Source: Marsupella aquatica (Eukaryota; Plantae; Marchantiophyta). Taken from it: a DNA stretch of 64,000 bases. The stretch is from positions 3,254,111-3,318,110 of the forward strand of contig OZ316897.1 of NCBI GenBank assembly GCA_973895155.1, given 5' to 3'. Under the pieces are notes generated by a model that searched no databases, had not been told where the DNA came from, and saw only the letters and a list, made by a program, of their open reading frames with translations. Every line of letters starts with the position of its first letter. The first letter of the stretch is position 1. This document shows positions 1 through 11,995 of the stretch, piece after piece. The position numbers and the translations under genes are program-made.

Positions 1-169
1 GGATCGATCGTCGTCGTATGGGAGAGGAGAGGAGAGGAGAGAGACCGGACGACCCTACGGCACGAAGCTCGAGGAAGGGAAAGGCTCGACTTCTCTAGGC
101 TCGGGCCTGGCCCAGGCCCGGTTGGGTCTGCGCTCTTGGCCGGGGGTATGAGTTTCGGACAAGCTCGTT

Positions 170-330
170 CCGTCTGGCCTGGCCCCCTTCGGCCTCTCTT
201 GAAATACCTCATGTTCGCCCGGCTCTCGCCTGGGCCCCTTTCGGTGCGTGGTCTTGGCTCTCGCCTGGGCCCCTTTCGGTGCGTGGTCTTGGCTCTTGCC
301 TGGACCCCTTTCCGTGCGTGGTCTCGTCGT
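170..330. repeat. GC-rich short tandem repeat (~35-bp unit, about 3 copies)
   Basis: ctctcgcctgggcccctttcggtgcgtggtcttgg repeated at ~223, ~257 and ~292. Confidence 0.7.
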
Positions 331-3300
331 CGTTGCTCGTTCCGTTGTCGAGGCTCTGGCCTTCCTTCCGCAATTTTTTTATTCGACCGTTCCGTTCTCC
401 AGGCTCTCGGGTGGCCTGCCCCCAATTAGGCTGAGGTACTGGCTAGGGGCAGTCTCCGAAGGTACGTTGGTCTGTTTTTTTATTTGCTGGTTTTGTTCTG
501 TGAGCTAGGGCCTGGCCCCTTTGGACTGAGGTACTGACGGTGGCTTTCATCAATCGTGTGTTGGTCTCCTTTCTTTTCCCCAGGCAGAGTGAGGCTCTGG
601 CCTTGGCTCCTTAGGATTGAGGTCCAGGGGCCTTTTTCATCCATCTTATGCCCTATACACATGAGCCCTATGCCCATGCGTTGCACGTTACAAGAAGGGC
701 CGGACCATCGAGAATCGGGCCGGGGTATTTATGGAGCAATGTGAGGAAGCACATATGTGTCAAGGGTACCCATTTCCTCCATCAATGGTCAAGGAAAACA
801 ATCAAACAAATCAAATGATTGTGTATCTTTCCTGCCCATGAGTTTTTTTGTATTGGAACGAAGGACGGAAAAACACGGGATCCCCTTATTATAGTTGTAA
901 ATACATGCTTTTAGTGCAACTCAAGGCCTTTTTCATGTGTTGGCCTCCTTTCTTTACTCTGGTCGCTTTGGGGTCTGTCCTGGCACCCCGGCTTCAGCCT
1001 TCTTCATTTATGTGTTGGCCTCAACCTATTTTTATGGGGGTGGCTAGGTTCCAACCCTGTAGGACTTGGGTGTGTTTTGAACCAAGTTGTGGCAAGTCTT
1101 GGGCACATGGAATTAAGCAAACCAATGCAAGCACATTGTGCTCCTGAAGAAATCAAAAGACTATGTTTGTCTTATCAGCTAAGTAGCCAAACTTTCCAAA
1201 ATGAGCGAGCAAAATAGAGATAGGACTAGTGAGTAGGCAGGGAAGTAGGGAGGGAGCGCATAGGAGTAGGTTTTATATCATTGCAGATAGAGATGGTGAA
1301 TGAGTAGAGGGCAAGGTGGTGAAAAAGAAGGGAAAAAGACCTTTGTGCACTGTCAGGTGCAACAAAATTAATTTGTGGACGAGAACATCTTAGCAATTAT
1401 AGCTGTGGTTTCCTTCCCATAGACAATAGCAACTAGCTGGCCCGGATTTCCTTCAACAACAGCTGCAACTTTGGATCAAACAATTCAGGCTTGGGCTCCT
1501 AGGCTCCCTCACATCATTCCCTAAAGCCTCCATAGTCAAGCTGCAGCTAGGGCTGCAATGTGACTGCTAAATGTGAAGTAGGGGAAGTCGTAAATCTATT
1601 GCAATCGGGAGCAAGATTGCCCCACATACCTTATATTAATTTTCTTTGAGGAGTTGGAACTCCCTCACTTACCTCCAAAACACACACACAAAATCCCTCC
1701 CAAAAGCTCAGGCCCATGATTGTCTTGATTGTTGAGTGCCCATCCCCCAAAGTTTCTAACACTAGTACATTTTGGCACACAACATTATGACCCCCTTCAA
1801 GCAAAGTTAATTATGTGGCCTGCTGATAAGTATAAGAAACGTCTTGGAAATCTAATCTTAAGAAATATTGGATATTTCAAGAACATTCCAAAAAGATATT
1901 AAGGGTAAAAAATAGCATGCAAAGAGCTATAATTTCTTAAGTTTTAGGGTGTTTAATTTTGGACCCTACAATGTTGCAGGTGATGGGGGCGGGGTCCATC
2001 TATTGAGATCAACCCTCAAAAGCAGGAGTGATATCAGTTTGGGAAGCAAGGGAAGGCATGCACACCAGATGTACCCTTTAGAAAAACCATCTGACCACTA
2101 GAGTGCCAAATTTCAGAACCCGGAAGGCAATTCAAGAACCGGGAGGGTGGGGCTGAAGTTGTTTAGGATATCCAAAAGCCAGGACACGACAATTTTGGGA
2201 GATAAACACAAGGCTTATTATTTTGGGTAAGTTTGCACTTTGGTACTCAACTACTGAAGACTGTTATATGACTAGTACATGAAGTCCTGTCAACATTTTG
2301 CACTCTACATGGAACTACAATCTACACTATTTGTCATAATCTATAGTCTTATTTCGGAAACAGTGTTTATCCTTAATTAATGTTAGTAAACCTAATTTAA
2401 GAGTAGGACAGGTTTGCATAGAAAAAAACACTAGAAGTTCTGGCATCTAATTTTTTTAGCTCAGACTATAGGGTAACCTTGAAATCTTACTTATAAAGTG
2501 TCAACTCCAAGCTAGAGTTGGGACCTAGGCTTAATTCTACAGTGAAGTCTCTAGACCATAACTCGATGGCTCATCATGTGAATGGTTCACCATATGAATG
2601 GAAAAACCATGACTATGATGTATGTAAAACTATAAGCATGCATGCTTTTACTTACATTAAAAAATATGCTCTATGGCCCCACCATAATATATGTGCAAAG
2701 AAAGAGGGATATTCATAAAAAAAGAGTATCATATCTTAGTTATGTATGATTATTAAAATGACTATATGCATGATAATTTTTATCATTTTATTAACCTACA
2801 AAGACTATGAATAAGGAATATATTTTGGGGACATTTTTTTATATTGTCCTCCCTGCTCCCCGCCCCGCTCTTCACATTCAAAGAACGGGTAGTCGGGGCT
2901 AGTTCCATTAAATAACAAGTCTAACAAGTCACAGTTGTTAACTTGGGAGGTTAAGTTAGTGTATATTTTGGGGTACCATGTGCAATCCTATATAACCTAG
3001 CAAAAAAACACACAGTTTTAGCAGGAAAATATTCCAAGAATATTATTTATTTTTACTATTAATTACTTATTTGAATCTAAATATATATATTCTATAAATG
3101 TCAGTTTATATTACCTTCTTTTGCCTCCTACACTTCTTAAAATTTTAACTAATGTCTATCAAAAATACATATTTTAAATTGCATGTGGTTCCTAAGATTT
3201 TTGATATATAACACTTATCTTCCTACCACAATATCTTACTTACTTCCTCAACACTAAGGTAATCCCGTATGAACCGTATTACCCTTACTCTCCAAATATG

Positions 3301-3679
3301 TATAAGCCCAGTCAAACAAAACTAGATTTACACTGGTAATTGTTATCTACTTAGTGCACATGCTTACTATTAGACAATGTTAGTCCGCAATTAACACTGG
3401 AAATGTTAATTGAAAAGTAGCCAAACCCAAGATGTTAGGCTACACAATTCGTGTTACCAAGAGTAACTCAGGTGAACAATGTAGATACTTAGAAAGCTAG
3501 AATGATTACAAAGGTGCCTAGTCACGATTCATTTGCATCCTCACTGTTGAGGAAGTAAGTAAGACATTGTGGTTGCGGGAGCCCCGGCCGGAGGCTAGCA
3601 TGACATACCTATGGAGTTGTAGAAGAAGCTCCAAAGGTAAGACCTTAGTTTCATCCCCTTGAGCAAGCGTGATAATGGG

Positions 3680-3890
3680 AACATACAATTATATATCTTG
3701 TTGCATCCTTCACAAGCAGGTTATTTATGAAGCACCTATAGAAAGTTCCCATATTATATGCTGCACTCCCAAGAAACAAGGTGGGAACACATATATCTGG
3801 TTGCATCCTTCACATGCAAGCAGGTTATTTATGAAGCACCTTAGACATTTCCCATGTTATATGCTGCACTCCCAAGAAACAAGGTCGGAG
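3680..3890. repeat. Imperfect tandem duplication (~100 bp)
   Basis: atatatct(t/g)gttgcatccttcac..aagcaggttatttatgaagcacc..tgctgcactcccaagaaacaaggt occurs twice. Confidence 0.85.
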
Positions 3891-4189
3891 TTCTGGGTGT
3901 GCTCAAGCATTGCAAAGGGAGCCCACACTTCACTGGCCAAGCGACTGAGTGTATGGGAAAATGAAGCAGGCTCAAGATGTGCAGTTTCCTGGCAAAAAGT
4001 CATAATTTGGCAGCCACAAAGGTACAAGTTATCCTATGATGGCAGGGTAAGGTAGCTAGTAAGGACCAGGTTGACAAGCAAGCTACTGCAGCCAGGACTT
4101 TGGGATCCTGGTTAGGGGGTCCAGACACTCAAACGTTGCACATGATGTATGCATGGCTAGGCATGCAACCTGGCGTTTTTTCAGTGACA

Positions 4190-4380
4190 ACCCCGAGGTC
4201 TTGTATACATATATGTACTTGAATGTGGAGAAACTAAAGTTTATTGTTAAACCAATTATAAAGCCTTTTGTAATGGTAGGGGGACACCCCTGAGATCTTG
4301 TATATATATGTACTTGAACGTTGAGAAACTAAAGTATTGTTAAACCAATCAACCCTTTTGTAATGGGTAGGGGGTGGGTT
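4190..4380. repeat. Imperfect tandem duplication (~98 bp)
   Basis: tcttgtata(c/t)atatatgtacttgaa..gagaaactaaagt..attgttaaaccaat..ccttttgtaatgg occurs twice. Confidence 0.8.
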
Positions 4381-5377
4381 CCCCTGAAAGAACAATACTT
4401 TTTGTGAGAAGGGGCAGCAAACACCAAAGATCAAATTTAGTCTTGTACTTTAAATTCTTTCCCTTCTCACATTAACTGAGCAAGTCTTTTGTGATAGGCT
4501 CACCTGAAAAATAGTACTGTATAGATCGAGGTGTTCATTGTTCACAAAGAAGTTAAGATGAGTCTAAGTTGCAAGTTACATAAACCCTCCTTGTGAACCC
4601 TCCTTGTGTGGCTTGATCGGGTCTTCATTTGTATTTTAGTTGGTTTGCCAGACAAGCCCAAGACTCCTTCGTTGATTTTGAATGTCTTTGTCCTATGCAC
4701 CTTAATGGGCACAGATCTGGTTCGTGACCCCTCCTCAGGCTTCTCCTGGTCAAGCTTAATTTGTTGAAGACTCACAAGGCGGTTTGGGCTCCCATCAGGG
4801 CTCTAGCTAACCCGCCCCCTTGCACTCACAAGAAGGCTCACAGCTGGGGATTACACTCCGTAGCCTCCATTTTTCCACTCTTAACCACAATAACACTAAT
4901 TCATGTAAACTAGTGTCAGCACAAAATTATTGTGACTAACACGACTTAACAAGTAGACCCTGAAAATTGGCGAAATTAGTGTAATTAATTCGCAGTAATT
5001 ACGGAGCATTGTAGTAGTTTAGTTCCTCTTTCCTTACACTACACTACATGACCGTTTAACTTCAAGGATTTTGCTCGTTTCTTACTTTCGAGAATTCACT
5101 GAAGGTTTTACTCAACTCAAAGTTCTGGTTGCTGAAATTGTTAACCCCGTGTGGGCACAATGTCCACTCAAACTATACAGTGGGATTATATCCCACAATG
5201 CTCTAACCAGAACGTTACGCTATTCTAAAAATTCTACGAATCAGACCATGGTGGCAGTGCGTCGTGTGTCCTGAGAGATGGTGGCAGTGCGTCTTGTGTT
5301 CTGAGATAATCGACTGGAACTACTCACATTTGTTGCGTCTGGCTCGAAAGGGAGAAGATCCAATGCGTCACGTGTGT

Positions 5378-5755
5378 AGCGATTAATTTTAGAGAATGAC
5401 AGAAATATATAGCAATTATTGTTCTTGTTTTAACAGTCGACAGAGAGCGATCCATTTAACAGGACGTTCATTACCAACATCGGCTAGAAAACCACTTTTG
5501 CGGACAGCTAAGTGATGGTGTATCTAGAAATCCAATGCGATTAATTTTCGAGAATGAGTGAAATATATTATTGTCCTGTTTTATCAGTCGATCCATTTAA
5601 CAGTCCGACTTACATTACAAAGAATGAGTGAAATATATTATTGTCCTGTTTTATCAGTCGATCCATTTAACAGTCCGACTTACATTACAAAGATCTCTAG
5701 CTGGCTAGAAAACCACCCCGACTTGCGGACAGCTAAGTGATGGTGTACCTAGAAC
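5378..5755. repeat. Nested duplication: perfect 70-bp tandem pair (5551-5620, 5621-5690) inside an older diverged duplication
   Basis: agaatgagtgaaatatattattgtcctgttttatcagtcgatccatttaacagtccgacttacattacaa x2; ggctagaaaaccac..gcggacagctaagtgatggtgta at ~5482 and ~5703. Confidence 0.9.
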
Positions 5756-8028
5756 ACTTACTTAAGACCTTGAAATAAACTGTGCACAATATTGGGTCAA
5801 CGACACAAACTGACGATTGAGAGAACCGGTGGCAATTGATGTATACACGCCATATCGTCTATCCACAGCATGAAAGCAATTGAAATCAATCGCCAATAAA
5901 CTATGTCGCCCCCTAAATCATCCGGTCAACAATCGGTCATTCTGGATTGTAGCTATAAATCAAAAGTCCACCTAGCTAACAAATTGAAGGTCCTGATTGA
6001 TCTACCATGCTTGGAATGCTTACCTCCACCCCACTACTTTAGGTGGAGGAACAGTTACTTATGTTCAGTGAGAATGCGTTCTTCACCTCTTCAAGAATTT
6101 AAATGCCATGACACGCATGGCAAGCTGCAAATCCGTGGATCTTCAAATGACAATTAGAAAACCAGTGTAAATGAAAGCAAGGTTACCTACAAATTGCCCC
6201 GTACTGGATCTTTCACAATCGGAACTGTACAGACTGCAATCGTCATCGACCACTGAAATGTCCTTCCCAAAGCTTAAGAGAGCTTTATGAATGTCCTCAA
6301 TAAAGCTCCAACGGCAAATGCCTCTCTTCGAAATGCAGTAGTTACTGCACGCTGCCAATTAAGAAACCGGCAAAACATCGATCCTCGGATGTTAATCTAT
6401 GCATCCCACCGACAGTCTGAAGGAGACGGCATTCATCAGAGAATCTATGCTACACTTATCAGGGAAAACCAAATCATGCACAACAATACCCGAGAGGAAC
6501 TAGGCAAGAGACTAAGCCTTGTGAAACAAACTTGATGACTTGGAGAAGAGCGGTTCTTGCAGAATGTTCAGATTCAATGGCTTAAAGTTTGAATACCAAC
6601 TAGCGAACTTATTCAAACTCTTGAATTAGATTTCATCGCTGAGTGCAGCCTATATATGAAGATTATGACAACAATCTTTTAATTAACTACAAACGAGAAA
6701 GAGGAACATATTACCGAAAGCGAAGCTCAAGGCTTTCTTTACAGATATCCGCGATCATCCTGCAAAACAAAGAGTTAGTTCTTCGATGAAATTTAACTGC
6801 AAGGAGAAAGGAACTATGGTTGGGCCATTAAGCAGCTCATCGGAAAAGTAACAAAAGTACGTGATCTAACAATCAACGTACATGTCGACGATTAACTTGA
6901 GTGAACCTTGAATTGACATTAAATTCATTCAGGGAGATTACGTTACCTGTCTAGACTCCAAAGCCGCAATGCTTAGTTACATAAAGAACTGGGCTGAAGT
7001 GAACTGAATAGAAGCATCAACGAGCTTACAAGTAGCAAAAATTTGAATCCAAACGCTTTAGCAAGACGATCGTAATTAACAGAGCGCCTGCTATAATATA
7101 TACGTACCTCGTTCGTCATACATGACAATAAAAACCTCAGATCTGGCACGCGATGCGGTTTCTAATGACAACATATTCCATCAGCTGTGCGTGAAGGTCA
7201 ACTCGTATTTGACAATGCTACTGTACTTCCCTGAAGATGCAAATGTATCCTATTGAACCCGCTATTGAAGCAACGGGTGATAATGCATGAATCCTCAATA
7301 ACTCATATTAAGCAATGTAACTGAACATTCTTCGCTTCAAATAAAAATGCATAATAGGGCAACGCTTGTTAATGATTTGTGTTCTGCAGGAGAACCTCTT
7401 GGCCCAACATATACATTACCATATGAAGACTTGAACACTGGGGCTTGCATCCCATCGATCTGCTCTACTCTACCTACTTTAACGTACAGTTGCTTCTGCT
7501 AGACTGTCAATATCTCAAAGAAACAAACGCAGTCCTTCCAAACGCATGGTACGTCCTAGTAAACTCTTGTTGCAAGCGATCACAGGCCGAAAATCGAAGC
7601 TAAATTAACTTGGAGAGGTTCTCTTGGAATTCTCAACTCTACATGTGTGCACACATCGTCATCATGATGTAATAATAGAGTAGATCCCTAATACGCTAAC
7701 CAATTTTGTACATCAAAATCTACCCTAACATTGACGGTCCTCTGAATGTTGTGTTCTAACAAACTGTGTCGTCACGATCGATGTCCTCACATTTATCTGG
7801 CTGTGTTTATCTGGCTCTGTCCTACGCCTACCATTTTTGTAGATTTCCAGAATTTAGTTGACGCCGCCTGTGCAAATGAAGTGTGATAGTCGTGCCTCAA
7901 GCCCGGCCTCAAGCTGGAGGAAAAACTTCAGTTAATGTACCAGTAATTCTCAAGTCTATGTTCGGATAGAAGCTTTCCAACTGATATCAGATGCAATTGA
8001 GTCGCGGCTCCAACTAATACTACGCTTG

Positions 8029-9537
8029 TTAGCGTACGGTTGCCGCCGTTCTGATTTTCCCGTACGGGAGGTCGTAAATCAGAGCTCTGATAATCTCGTC
8101 TTCAAGAAGGTCTTGCGCGTTCATCATGCTCGTGCCGTTGTTGCCTGCGAGACAACTTACTTCGCTAATCATAGGTACTGCGCTCACAGGGGCAGCAGCA
8201 GCAGCAGCAGCTGCAGGTATATCCATGTCGCAAGTCTGGGGTTCTGTCACAGCCTGTGACTCTTTGCGTCTAAATTGTGGTTTCTTACACTTAATTTTCG
8301 CTTGCAAGGGACCTGAAGCGTGTCCATCCCTCTTGCAGACGATGCGACAGATAACAGGAAAAGGTCGGGGTCTCCCTCCGCGCCGTAACACAACTCGCTC
8401 GGATTGGATATCCTCTGCAAGGCCGATTTCCTCCATGGTCCAAATTGACCACTTCCGGTCTCTTCTATTGCAGACCATATCTTTATTTGTTGACGCATCC
8501 ACATTGGCGCCTGAGGCACTGGACAATTTTGGGGGAATGTTGCTACCATTTTTTAGCGCCACGTAACTCAAATAAGTTTTGTAAGCTACTGTTTGACCAT
8601 TCTCACGGATCGGGAATATACGGCCCTGCTGCTTCCATCGACACCCGTTTTCTGTTATTCGCAATCGCGTTGGTCGTTTCAAGCAGCTATACTTTGTAGC
8701 GCTGTAGAAGTAGTTCGTGCAGGCACCTGAGGATGGCAAATAGAATGAAGGCCTCGAGGTTAGTGTTAATTCTCTACAAAGCCTCCCACCATAATTATGC
8801 CTTGAAGATCTAAAGATTCTACAGTAGATAAACTGGTACTAAAGCAAACGACAGAATCTCGGGGGCTTCGTGGCAATTAAATTGAGTACTCTTTTGTTTC
8901 GTTTTTCGATCCCCGAATACAGATCTTCGAGATTCACATTTCTCTGACCTGTTTCCGCACCTGGAAGATGGCTAACCTCAGAGTTCTCGAAACAACCTAC
9001 ATATCCACACAGCTGATTCTAAATCACATGTCCTGGATTAATGAGTATTCTATTCTGCGTATAGAATATATGAAAATCGCGGTCGCAAATATGCGCTCCA
9101 CTCGCGAAGAAGTAGAGTATCCTCGATCAGAGTGCTGGTTAGCTATTGAAGGCTTCTCTTAGATTCGATAGTCTGCAGAAAGAACTATTGCTATCGATAT
9201 ATATGAATGGACTACGACCTAGAAAACCTGTTACAAACTCTGGTTTAGACTGCCATTTGGAAGCAGAAAAAGTGAAAGATCGGTATGCTTTACCTTTGAT
9301 CAGATCCGCTGGATGTAGTGCATAGACATCGGCCTCCTTAATTGTAACAGGATGCGCGATGGAGTCTTGAGCGAGTTGTTTCCATCGGCGCAAAGATTGT
9401 ACCATTTCGATTTCTGCAAGTTTTAAGAACTTCGTTGGATTGACGTTCTTGCCATCACTTTTGGCATCTACAGCTTGTTTCCATTCCAATTTTTGGTTTT
9501 TGCTGTAAATCTTCTTCGGAATGCAGTGCGGCTGCTG
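8029..9537 (-). CDS. Divergent NAC (NAM) domain transcription factor; partial model, 5' and 3' exons uncertain
   Basis: Exon ~9537-9294 has IKEADVYALHPADL (subdomain B-like). Exon 8726-~8038 has NYFYS..KRPTRLRITENGCRWKQQG..VAYKTYLSY..WTMEEIGL..VICRI (subdomains C-E). A phase-1 GT-AG intron lies at the usual NAC position. Confidence 0.7.
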
Positions 9538-11599
9538 CTGTTTTGCATTACAAGTAAGAAAACCAGTAGATTCCTCATTGACTCAGCTTAGACCATGGAC
9601 TACGAGAGCAAATCACGGCGGTCATTATGCATAGTATCTATTTTAATATCAAAAGCTAAAGAAACAATTAGCACTAGTCAGCATGGCAGGGAACACCATT
9701 GGATACCTTGAATAAATATTCATCCACCAAGAGGTTTTCTTCGAAGGGCTGTCCTTCCTCTTCGACTCTGAAAGCAATAATTCCAACTGGTTGAGTCATT
9801 TGTCAAGAGTCGTTTGTCAATATATTGCAAGACAAGGCACCTCATATGAATCAGATCATCATGATAAACACAAGCTTGTTTTTCTTGAGTTTACCCGGAA
9901 TCAAACTCGCTTCAATGACGGCTACATTACTGTTCTTGCGCGCTTTCTTTCAAACAGCAATGCGAATTTGCCAAACGAGTAGCATTGCCTTACATATCTG
10001 ATCACGATCACTTTTCGGTAACAGCAAGTGGAAGCCGGGACACTGAGCATGCACGTGAGAAAGCTAGAAAATCACGCTCTCTCTAACCGTAATGCCAGAT
10101 GATTACACAACGCGCATCTATATCATCCACTGTCAATTTCAATCGACAGACCTTGCATCGAACTCAAAACTGTATTGGGCCGGCGTGGGAGTCTCAAAAT
10201 AACGGAGCACAGTTTCCCAACAGGTCCCATCCTCAGTGTTGGCCATGCCTGAAGCCATGCATCCGCTAGTCGACATCATTCGTTCGTCGACATCATGTAA
10301 CCTTCGAAGCCAGCGACGTATGCTCTCTCTTGCCAGACTCCAGCAGCCGATCCAGTCCAGCTATTTTCGCCAAGCCTAATAGGGTAGCTACTCACTAAAA
10401 TGTGGGACTCATGCAGTCCACAACCGCAGTTTGTGGAACGGGATCCTGCTCAGAAGCCTCAGACAATGTAGGTTTGCAAAAACTATAGTTAGCAGTTGTC
10501 TCCCCAGAGAGCATTTAACAACTTAGCCATTTAGGAGGGTGAGGGGAAAATTACGCCTGCCATAGAAACGACACTCGAGCACACATTTCGACAGGTTCTT
10601 GTCTCTATAGCTCGCTACAATAATTTGTCCTTCAACGGCATCATTTCCGGCGTCCTGGACTCGCAAGAATGACCTCAACAGACGAGAGCGGAGCATGGCT
10701 CGTGTGGCCAGTTTCTGTCCCGTGGAGCAAGTGCAAGTTATGCAGCGCAGCCTAGGGAAGATATAGCTTCGCAAGCGTAGGAAGAAGTCATGGCTCGGCA
10801 TGCAATCTGTCCGACAATCCAAGCTCGAAATGATTGTTATTATGTGCATCTGCACTTGTAGCGTACTCCTCCTCCTCCTCCTCCTCTCGTCGTCCTCTTT
10901 CTCGATCGATTGCCTTGCAAACAGTACCCCATGCACGTCACTTATCTTGTTGCTCCTCCTCAGTCTCCGATCCGGAGAGGGCCTCGCGATCGAGAGCCCT
11001 ACAAATCTAGAATAGATTCTAGAGAGAGGGTTCCGGTACGACTCAAGTACCGAGTGCCGTATCGTACCAAGAAGAAGAGAGAGAAGGACGCCATGTAATC
11101 AGATCGAAGCTCGATCCCAGGGACGAATATCCTGCAAAGGATTTTCATGCGCGAACAATCACAATCCCGAATTCGCTCCGTTGTGGATCGATGATGATAC
11201 TGCATTCTTTCTTCCCGACCTAATCTACTGAGATGCAGAATCCCAATCTGCAGGACGCTCTAAATCCCTTCGGAAGCTCGAGATCCAATCTCTACTTTGT
11301 TTACGAGAAAACTTGATAATATTAAATCGTCAGCGTTCGGCCCAGATCTAAATAGGTTTAGAATTACTTGGCACTAAGCAATTCGATTTCCCCATAAAGA
11401 CACTTAGTCCAGAGCCTTTGACGTGGCTGTATAAATCTTGGACTAAACAAAGTGTGGGTAACCATTTTACACTATGCTAGTATTGCCATAAACTTGTATC
11501 CAAATTACCATTTGCTGCATTACTGCATTCTATCCAAACAGCGCCATGACACAGATACGGCCAAGGTGGCCGTAAACTGTTTTATGCCCGGGACTTAAG

Positions 11600-11995
11600 T
11601 CCTTACAGTTGAAAAGTCTAAATATAAACTCCTTAAGAATCTTACAGCTAAAATTAAAGTCTAAATATAAGCCCCCTAAGAATCTTATGGTTGAAAAGTC
11701 TAAATATGGGAGAACAATTTGCTTAAATATAAATTGCTATGGGAGAACAATTTGCTTAAGGTTTATTTTTGTTGGACGTACCACCTTTACGGGGTAGTGT
11801 GTGTCAAAGTTCTCCCATACGGTTTTTGTTGTTGTTGGACTTACCACCTTTATGGGGTACATATTTTCAATTGGTAACCCATAAGGATTCTGTCCTGGCT
11901 GTAAGTTCGTCATGTCCTGAGCCATAACTCAGGTAAAACTGTGCTTTGACACTCCCTATAAGCCCCCTAAGAATCTTAAGGTTGAAAAGTTTTGC
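11600..11995. repeat. Local degenerate repeats, probably a transposon remnant
   Basis: tataagccccctaagaatctta.ggttgaaaagt at ~11666 and ~11956; atgggagaacaatttgcttaa twice. Confidence 0.6.
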
